A stretch of DNA of 64,000 bases from Gammaproteobacteria bacterium (GTDB lineage: Bacteria > Pseudomonadota > Gammaproteobacteria > SZUA-229): positions 2,975-66,974 of the forward strand of contig JABDRN010000061.1 of the NCBI GenBank assembly GCA_013041745.1. Direction: 5' to 3'. Position numbers and translations under genes: made by a program. Positions 56,967-64,000 of the stretch are shown here, piece after piece; the stretch's first letter is position 1; each line of letters opens with the position of its first letter. The notes under the pieces were generated by a model, which made no database searches, had not been told where the DNA came from, and saw nothing but the letters and a program-made list of their open reading frames with translations.

Positions 56967-58397
56967 ATGGACAAAAACACACTGGATACATATCAAAAGG
57001 CGCAGGCCTTCAACATGGACAAGGCGCCATACGGAACGATTGCAGAGATCGGCGCTGGTCAGGAGACCTCACGGTGGTTCTTCAAGGTAGGCGGTGCGGC
57101 TGCCTCCATAGCCAAGACCATGTCGGCTTACGATATGAAGTTCAGCGACTCGATCTATGGGCCCTGCAAGCGATATGTCAGTCGTGAACGTCTACAGGCT
57201 ATGCTGGATAAGGAATACAAGCTGGTCATCGATCGGCTCGATTCAGTGCGTGGCTCAGAATGCACTTTCTTCGCCTTTGCCAATACGGTCTCGACATACA
57301 GCTACACACAGAATAGAGCCGGTAATGGCTGGTTAGGCATCCGCTTTCAGACGCATCCGCAGGAGCCAGCGTCACAGATCGATCTGCACGTGGTGTTGAA
57401 AGGCAGCTCGAATACGCAGGACCAGGATGCCCTCGGTATCCTCGGGGTTAACCTGATCTATGGTGCGCATTACTTTTACGATGATCCGATCACCCTGCTT
57501 ACGTCGCTGATGGATGACCTCAGTTGCGAGTCGCTGGAGATCGATATGATCGACTTCGAAGGTCCTGCCTTTGCCTCGGTCGACAATCGCCTAATGGCGC
57601 TGTACCTTGTCAAATACGGTCTGACGCATGCTGCGATGTTCAATGCCAGCGGTAAACTGGTGCAGCCTTCTGATGCTCTATACAAGCAGTCGGTATTGAT
57701 AGAGCGCAGCGTGTTCCGTCCACCGACGAAACTGACCATGAATATAATGGATAGTGCCTACCAGGCCTTCATCGAGGAACCGGATGTCGATCCCGATTCG
57801 GTGGTGGCACTGAGTGAGATGACGCTGCATAACCTGCGAGATCGCGATGGTGACTGCCTCGATTCAGATGTCGATATAGAGGACTTCCTGCAGCGTGCGG
57901 AGATACTGTGCGCCCTGGGCAAGAACGTTATGATCTCGAATTACGGAGAGTTCTACAAACTGGCGCAGTATCTGTACAGCCAGACAAACAAGCCGATCGC
58001 CATCGCGCTGGGTATACCGAACCTGCTCAATATCTTTACTGAACGTTATTATGACAACCTGGATGGAGGCATTCTCGAGGCCTTCGGCCGCTTGTTCAGA
58101 AATGATATGCGACTGTTCGTCTGTCCGCAGATCGATCCAGTTAGTGGAGAACTTGTTACAGTAAAGAATGTACAGATCGAAAACCATCTGCGCCACCTGT
58201 ACCGTCACCTTATGGAAAATGATTACATGCGGCCGCTGGATACCATCGAACATGATCACCTGTTGATAAAACCACGGGATGTCCTGAGCAAGATTCGAGA
58301 CAATGATCCGTCATGGACAGCGATGGTGCCAGACCAGGTGGCAGCTATAATCAGCGAACGAGGCCTGTTTAAAAAATCAGCATGTTTGTCAGAGTAA
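56967..58397 (+). CDS. conserved hypothetical protein (about 476 aa)
   Basis: Long ORF with clean coding periodicity and no TM segment or signal peptide. The start is uncertain (GTG at 56922 or ATG at 56967). The last ~35 aa (LSKIRDNDPSWTAMVPDQVAAIISERGLF) resemble the C-terminal helix of NadD-type nucleotidyltransferases, from memory only. Confidence 0.45.
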   Translation: MDKNTLDTYQKAQAFNMDKAPYGTIAEIGAGQETSRWFFKVGGAAASIAKTMSAYDMKFSDSIYGPCKRYVSRERLQAMLDKEYKLVIDRLDSVRGSECTFFAFANTVSTYSYTQNRAGNGWLGIRFQTHPQEPASQIDLHVVLKGSSNTQDQDALGILGVNLIYGAHYFYDDPITLLTSLMDDLSCESLEIDMIDFEGPAFASVDNRLMALYLVKYGLTHAAMFNASGKLVQPSDALYKQSVLIERSVFRPPTKLTMNIMDSAYQAFIEEPDVDPDSVVALSEMTLHNLRDRDGDCLDSDVDIEDFLQRAEILCALGKNVMISNYGEFYKLAQYLYSQTNKPIAIALGIPNLLNIFTERYYDNLDGGILEAFGRLFRNDMRLFVCPQIDPVSGELVTVKNVQIENHLRHLYRHLMENDYMRPLDTIEHDHLLIKPRDVLSKIRDNDPSWTAMVPDQVAAIISERGLFKKSACLSE

Positions 58398-58561
58398 AGT
58401 TTGAACTAATGAGCTAGTCCAGGTGTACCTCATTGTCAGGCCGCTTATGCATGATCAGGAGTAAGAAACGACCTTAGTATTCTTTCAGTGAGTCCTGAAG
58501 CGACCTATGTTATTTGCTCGATTAAGCCTCCATCCTGATTATATGGTGTCATCGGACAGTT

Positions 58562-59089
58562 TTAAAACTCACTCTCATCTTGCAAGCGACGAGCATCTGC
58601 ATAGTTTAGCGGTACTGTGATACCAACGTCTTCATCGGCCAGCACCATAAAGAAACTGATCCAGTTCTCATCATTGAAGGTTTGGATTATCTTTTCTCGA
58701 CATGATAGCTTGTGTTCGATAACTTCGCGTTGCAGCCTGAATATCTCATTCTGCATCTGTATCAGTCGAGACGAAGAAACCGTCGGTGACAGCGCGGCCT
58801 GTTTCATCTCGATACGCTTCTCAGCGATCCTATGCATCGCGCTAAGCATCGGCGCTCTGTTTGTCTTGCGCCACTGCTCAAGGTCATCGACCTGTTCTTG
58901 TCTGAGGCCGATAAAATCCCTGTTATCGATGATGATAGGTAGCAGGTTAGGCAGAAAATTAATTTTATCCAGCTTTTTTATAGCGTGATCCAGATCATGG
59001 CGTTTCTGTTCCACGGTCGGTTCAGCATTTACTGGCTGTGTTATAAATAAGACACTGATAGTAAGTAGTATTAGTATGCGCACACTCAT
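58562..59089 (-). CDS. exported helical protein, function unknown
   Basis: Signal peptide MSVRILILLTISVLFITQPVNA, followed by charged helical sequence. Confidence 0.4.
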   Translation of the reverse strand: MSVRILILLTISVLFITQPVNAEPTVEQKRHDLDHAIKKLDKINFLPNLLPIIIDNRDFIGLRQEQVDDLEQWRKTNRAPMLSAMHRIAEKRIEMKQAALSPTVSSSRLIQMQNEIFRLQREVIEHKLSCREKIIQTFNDENWISFFMVLADEDVGITVPLNYADARRLQDESEF

Positions 59090-59529
59090 GTCGTTACCTC
59101 TATATGACTTTTAGTTATTTTTGTAATAGATATTTTTGTAACATTTAGAAATACACTGATGTATTAGGTGTAGCTGAGCTATATGAAGCATTTTTCATGC
59201 CAATTATATTAGAGTATTATAACATGCTGATATAACAGGTTAATGAATTTTTATGCCGTTAGCCTAACTAGAACTGAACTACTTTTTTGCACCAACCTGG
59301 TACCAAAAGTTCAGGTTTTGCTATGCATCAGTGCGTGAATCCATGGCCTCTGAATTGTTCAACAACCAATAAAAACGGCTAAGCCGCAGGTTGGAAGTAT
59401 TCTTGCAGAGATGAATAGTGAATTGATGATTGCCTCACATTTTCATACTTTGAAGCCGATGAATGCAGCCGCTGATCTGTTTTTACTCAGCTGGATTAAT
59501 CACAGGCTGTGGGTGATATTGTGTTTTGA

Positions 59530-60354
59530 TTATTCGCTGTCTTTCAGGCAGTTTTCTTCGCTTGGATCGTTGCTGCTCAATTCAACGCGAACTTCCATAT
59601 CAGTCAAAATATCTCCGGCGCCGAACTGGTGAAATATTGAGACATCAGATGCGTCTCGACCATAGGCAATAGCGACGCGTCTGCCTTGAACTTCATCCTG
59701 CGTAGGGTCAAAGGTATACCAGCGGCCACCGACATAAGCTTCGAACCATGCATGAAGATCCATTGGTTGCAGGCCGTAGAGATAGCCGACGACCAGCCTG
59801 GCCGGGATGCTGATGCTTCTGCATAGCGCTATTCCCAGGTGGGCCAGATCACGGCAGACACCTTCGCCTCGAGCATGTACTTCTTCGGCAGTTATAGGAT
59901 AATTGCTCGAACCTGGTGCATAACGTATCGATTTATTGATCCATCGGTCGATACGTTCGACCTGGTCATAGCCGAGCAGGCTGTCTGATACGATGTCGGC
60001 TGCCAGGAAACCCAGCCTGTCTGACTCGCAATATCGGCTTGGTAGCAGAAACACCAGTACTGATTCAGGAAGGTTCTGCACTTCGACGAAGTAAGCCCCG
60101 CGGTCTACATCGACCTGTTCCGAGGTCATCACCTCGGCCGATGTCTGTATGGAGAAATTCCCGACCGGTGCTACCAGGCGCTGACAGAGGTTGCCATAGA
60201 TATCCGTGTACTCCACGACAGGAACGTAGGGAGTCAGGGTGTAAGACTCCTTGGCAACCCATTGCTGGGCACCGCTACGCGGTCGGAGCATCAGCACCAG
60301 CGGGGTCAGTGCCTGCATTTGAAATTCGAGCTTACAGGTCGCTTTTATCCACAT
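59530..60354 (-). CDS. transglutaminase-like cysteine protease family protein
   Basis: An N-terminal Bact_transglu_N-like region followed by a catalytic core, [11 protein letters not shown]...[20 protein letters not shown]. Confidence 0.8.
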   Translation of the reverse strand: MWIKATCKLEFQMQALTPLVLMLRPRSGAQQWVAKESYTLTPYVPVVEYTDIYGNLCQRLVAPVGNFSIQTSAEVMTSEQVDVDRGAYFVEVQNLPESVLVFLLPSRYCESDRLGFLAADIVSDSLLGYDQVERIDRWINKSIRYAPGSSNYPITAEEVHARGEGVCRDLAHLGIALCRSISIPARLVVGYLYGLQPMDLHAWFEAYVGGRWYTFDPTQDEVQGRRVAIAYGRDASDVSIFHQFGAGDILTDMEVRVELSSNDPSEENCLKDSE

Positions 60355-60646
60355 ATGAAATCAATCATATCCTTTGTATCTGTACTGTTGCAATACTTGC
60401 TTCAATAAAAGCCGGGTTATGTTTCTTTTTAGGTCAGTGCATTAAGTATTTGCATTATGTTGGTGCATACATGTTTTATAAAGTGCATATTGCGGCTTCG
60501 TTTAATACTGTTAGTGTAATGAGAATAAGGCTTTTGATAAAAATTTAGTTATGGAATAGAACTGGAACGTTTATTGCAGTGATATCGATGAACTGTTAGT
60601 GAGTCAGATAAATGGCGATTCAGATAAATGTTTTTCGGGGCAATCC

Positions 60647-63600
60647 ATGGCTATTCGTGTAGCAATAAATCATAAAACAGAATACCACTACGACAGGTTA
60701 GTCAACCTGTCTCCACATATCGTTCGTTTACGTCCGGCAGTGCATACCCGTACACCTATCCATAGTTACTCGTTGAAGGTTGAACCAAAAGAACATTTCA
60801 TCAATTGGCAGCAGGATCCGTACGGTAACTTTTTAGCGCGTCTGGCATTCCCGGAAAAGACCAGGAAGCTCTCGGTCGAAGTCGACCTTGTAGCCGAGAT
60901 GGTGGTGATCAATCCTTTTGACTTCTTTCTCGATGAGAGTGCTGATCATTATCCATTCGTCTATGATAAACAGCTCATGGGCCAGCTGGCACCATACCGG
61001 GTGATCAATGCCAATGGGCCGCTACTGCAAAAATGGGTCGCTGGCGTTGATCGTTCACGCAAGATGACCAATGACTTCCTGGTCGAGCTGAACCAGAAGC
61101 TGCAACAGGATATCGCCTATAACATCCGTATGGAACCGGGTGTACAAAAATGCGATGAGACGTTAACTCTAAAGCGTGGTTCGTGCCGTGACACGGCCTG
61201 GCTGCTGGTTCAGATCCTGCGCCATCTCGGTCTTGCATCACGCTTCGTGTCCGGTTACCTGATACAACTCAAAGCCGATGAAAAATCACTGGATGGTCCA
61301 TCGGGTACTGAAAAAGATTTCACCGATCTGCACGCCTGGACTGAAGTCTACCTGCCGGGTGCCGGCTGGGTCGGCCTTGATCCGACCTCGGGATTGTTCG
61401 CCGGCGAAGGCCATATACCGCTGGCATGTACACCGAATCCTATAACTGCCGCGCCCATAACCGGCGCCAGTGACAAGGCAGAGGTCAAGTTTTATTTCCA
61501 TAACGAAGTCAGCCGTATCCATGAAGATCCGAGGGTCACGCTGCCATACACCGAGCAGCAGTGGGGTGAGATAAACGCACTCGGTGAAAGGGTCGATGAA
61601 GAACTGGTAAAAAACGATGTTCGCCTGACCATGGGTGGTGAACCGACATTCGTCTCTATCGATGATATGGAGAGTGTGGAATGGAATACCGGCGCTCTCG
61701 GTGATCATAAACGTCAGCTTGCGGGTGACTTGCTGTTACGACTGAAGCAGCGTTTTGCACCAGGGGCGGCGCTGCATTTTGGCCAGGGTAAATGGTATCC
61801 GGGTGAAGTCTTGCCGCGCTGGGCGCTGGGTTGTTTCTGGCGGGCCGACAATGAGCCGGTATGGCACGATCCGAAGCTGATAGCGGATGATTCTGATATC
61901 AGTGGACCCGATGATAAGTTCAATGCAGCAGACGCCAGGCAGTTCATGCAGGGCCTGTGCCGTTATCTGAATATCGATGATGAGATCGTCCAGACCGCTT
62001 TCGAGGATGTCTATTATTATCTGTGGAAAGAAGGTACATTGCCTAACAATGTCGATGTCTTCGATAATAAACTGGAAGAAGAGGTCGAACGTGCCCGCGT
62101 ACGCCGCCTGTTTGAGAAAGGTATCGATGAGATTGCAGGTTTTGCATTGCCGCTTAAGTGGGACAGTATTGCTGAGCGGCCTGGCTGGACATCCAGTAAA
62201 TGGGCGTTCAGACGCGGCAAGATGTTCCTGCTGCCGGGCGACTCACCCATGGGCTATCGCTTACCGCTGGATTCTCTGCCGTGGGTAGAGAAGAAAAAAC
62301 GCTCAGACGATCCTGCACGCTGTACCTTTGAACCGCGACCGGAGCTGGGCGATATCTATGGTGAGGTTGCGCGTCGATATGCGCGGGCAGAAAAAAAGCC
62401 GGTACACCCGGAAGGATTCAATGAGCAGCATCTCGATGAGGATGATGAGGGATATACAGAACTGATACATACCGCGATATGTGTCGAGCCGCGTGATGGT
62501 CATCTGTACGTATTCCTGCCCCCGCTAACGCACCTGGAGCATTATCTCGACCTGGTACACTCGATCGAAAAGACCGCGGCTGACCTAAACATGCCAGTAC
62601 GCATGGAAGGTTATGAACCGCCGCATGACCATCGCCTGAAACGTTTTGCGGTTACCCCGGACCCCGGTGTTATTGAGGTGAATATTCATCCCGCGCACAG
62701 TTGGAATGAGCTGTTGACGAATACCCGGGCAGTTTATGAAGAAGCCCGGCTGGCCCGGCTGGCAACTGAAAAATTTATGCTTGATGGACGCCACACCGGT
62801 ACCGGCGGCGGTAACCATGTCACTATCGGCGGTGCTACACCCGCGGACAGTCCCATGCTGCGTCGTCCGGACGTGTTGCAGAGCCTGGTGACTTACTGGC
62901 AGCACCATCCAGGTCTGTCATATCTTTTTTCAGGGTTGTTTATCGGCCCTACCAGCCAGGCGCCACGCGTTGATGAAGCGCGTGATGACAGCCTGTATGA
63001 ACTGGAGATCGCCTTCCAGCAGATGCCGCAAGGCGAGACGCCATCACCGTGGATCGTGGATCGCCTGCTGCGCAACCTGCTGGTCGATGTCAGCGGTAAT
63101 ACTCACCGTTCGGAATTTTGTATCGATAAACTATACTCGCCGGACAGTGTCAGCGGCCGTCTTGGCCTGGTTGAATTTCGCGCCTTCGAGATGCCGCCGC
63201 ATGTGCAGATGAGCATGGTGCAGATGCTGTTGTTGCGCTCGCTTATCGCGAAATTCTGGAAACAGCCCTACCGTAAAAAACCGGTGCACTGGGGCACCGA
63301 ACTGCATGACCGCTTCATGCTGCCGCATTACGTGTGGCAGGATATCCGTGATGTCGTGTGTGATCTTCAGTCCTCAGGTATCCCGCTGAAACTTGAGTGG
63401 CTGGCGCCGTTTCAGGAATTTCGTTTTCCTCACATCGGGGATATCACGCATGACGATATCCACCTAGAGATACGTACCGCTGTCGAACCCTGGCATGTGC
63501 TAGGTGAGGAAGTGACGGCGCAGGGCACCTCCCGTTTTGTCGACTCGGCAGTCGAACGCCTGCAGGTGAAGGTCAGTGGTGTTACCGATGAACGTCATGT

Positions 63601-63973
63601 CGTGGTATGTAATGGCCGACGAGTACCATTACGTCCTACCGGTCGTCGAGGAGAGTTTGTCGCTGCCGTGCGTTTCAAAGCCTGGCAACCGCCATCAGGC
63701 CTGCATCCTATGATGGCTGTGCATACGCCACTGGTTTTCGATATCCTCGATACCTGGAACCATCGTTCCATTGGCGGTTGTACCTATTATGCCGGGCATC
63801 CCGGTGGTCGTCATGAAGAAACGTTTCCGGTGAATGCCAACGAAGCCGAATCTCGCCGCATCGCACGCTTTAAAGATATCGGGCATACGGCGGGCAAGTT
63901 TGAAGTACCGCGAGAAGAAACCAGTCGTGACTATCCGTATACGCTTGACCTGCGAAAGCAGTCACCCTGTTAG
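60647..63973 (+). CDS. large transglutaminase-family protein with a DUF2126-type C-terminal region
   Basis: MAIRVAINHKTEYHYDRLV..., core GSCRDTAWLL...DLHAWTEVYLPGAGWVGLDPTSG, then about 800 aa of the conserved DUF2126-like region. The ATG at 60647 is preferred over the GTG at 60599. Confidence 0.85.
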   Translation: MAIRVAINHKTEYHYDRLVNLSPHIVRLRPAVHTRTPIHSYSLKVEPKEHFINWQQDPYGNFLARLAFPEKTRKLSVEVDLVAEMVVINPFDFFLDESADHYPFVYDKQLMGQLAPYRVINANGPLLQKWVAGVDRSRKMTNDFLVELNQKLQQDIAYNIRMEPGVQKCDETLTLKRGSCRDTAWLLVQILRHLGLASRFVSGYLIQLKADEKSLDGPSGTEKDFTDLHAWTEVYLPGAGWVGLDPTSGLFAGEGHIPLACTPNPITAAPITGASDKAEVKFYFHNEVSRIHEDPRVTLPYTEQQWGEINALGERVDEELVKNDVRLTMGGEPTFVSIDDMESVEWNTGALGDHKRQLAGDLLLRLKQRFAPGAALHFGQGKWYPGEVLPRWALGCFWRADNEPVWHDPKLIADDSDISGPDDKFNAADARQFMQGLCRYLNIDDEIVQTAFEDVYYYLWKEGTLPNNVDVFDNKLEEEVERARVRRLFEKGIDEIAGFALPLKWDSIAERPGWTSSKWAFRRGKMFLLPGDSPMGYRLPLDSLPWVEKKKRSDDPARCTFEPRPELGDIYGEVARRYARAEKKPVHPEGFNEQHLDEDDEGYTELIHTAICVEPRDGHLYVFLPPLTHLEHYLDLVHSIEKTAADLNMPVRMEGYEPPHDHRLKRFAVTPDPGVIEVNIHPAHSWNELLTNTRAVYEEARLARLATEKFMLDGRHTGTGGGNHVTIGGATPADSPMLRRPDVLQSLVTYWQHHPGLSYLFSGLFIGPTSQAPRVDEARDDSLYELEIAFQQMPQGETPSPWIVDRLLRNLLVDVSGNTHRSEFCIDKLYSPDSVSGRLGLVEFRAFEMPPHVQMSMVQMLLLRSLIAKFWKQPYRKKPVHWGTELHDRFMLPHYVWQDIRDVVCDLQSSGIPLKLEWLAPFQEFRFPHIGDITHDDIHLEIRTAVEPWHVLGEEVTAQGTSRFVDSAVERLQVKVSGVTDERHVVVCNGRRVPLRPTGRRGEFVAAVRFKAWQPPSGLHPMMAVHTPLVFDILDTWNHRSIGGCTYYAGHPGGRHEETFPVNANEAESRRIARFKDIGHTAGKFEVPREETSRDYPYTLDLRKQSPC

Positions 63974-64000
63974 TTTAATACTTGCCTGTCTGGCAGAGCA

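Overview
This 64 kb window looks chromosomal and comes from what is probably a sulfur-oxidising gammaproteobacterium. That assignment is inferred from gene content: sat, aprBA, several DsrE-like genes and a DsrC/TusE-like gene. I recognised no rRNA, tRNA, CRISPR array, transposase or integrase.

Layout from left to right:
- 1-9.7 kb: selU fragment; a DUF4105/DUF3015/lipoprotein-hydrolase trio; DUF302; a porin; then an ECF sigma/anti-sigma pair divergent from a tlpA plus two periplasmic DsrE-like genes.
- 9.9-17.2 kb: YkgJ-like Cys-cluster protein, aprBA, a DUF971-MoaD-like fusion, apbE and sat.
- 17.5-31 kb: two secreted low-complexity proteins that resemble sulfur-globule proteins flank a complete Pho block (pstS, phoR, phoB, phoU, pstB, pstA, pstC), a LuxR-type regulator and an OprO/P-like porin.
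- 31-35 kb: msrA, an outer-membrane barrel protein, dksA-like, DUF465 and pgm.
- 35.0-46.4 kb: a tightly coupled 13-gene minus-strand operon, described below.
- 46.8-64 kb: gnd; a divergent DsrC/TusE-like gene; a TonB-receptor/YfiR-like/GGDEF-EAL module; type III glutamine synthetase; a 476-aa unknown protein; and a transglutaminase/DUF2126 pair.

The most interesting candidate is the 35.0-46.4 kb operon. It joins Mrp antiporter subunits (E, F, MbhD-like, G, B, C and a fused double D) to a complex-I-like module (NuoH, B, C and D homologues). It ends in a NuoI-like 2x[4Fe-4S] domain fused to a GltD/SudA-type NAD(P)H flavoprotein, followed by a rubrerythrin-like gene. The NuoD-like subunit has no [NiFe] cysteine motifs. 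This makes it an Mbx/Mbs- or Ehr-type energy-converting complex with a built-in pyridine-nucleotide module, sitting in a sulfur oxidiser.

Secondary candidates:
- An anti-sigma factor whose periplasmic domain is DsrE-like.
- A DsrC/TusE homologue with a Cys-rich C-terminus.
- FNR-type boxes in front of sulfur-related genes.
- A TGTCAT...ATGACA palindromic element family.

All functional calls come from reading the translations by eye. No searches were run.
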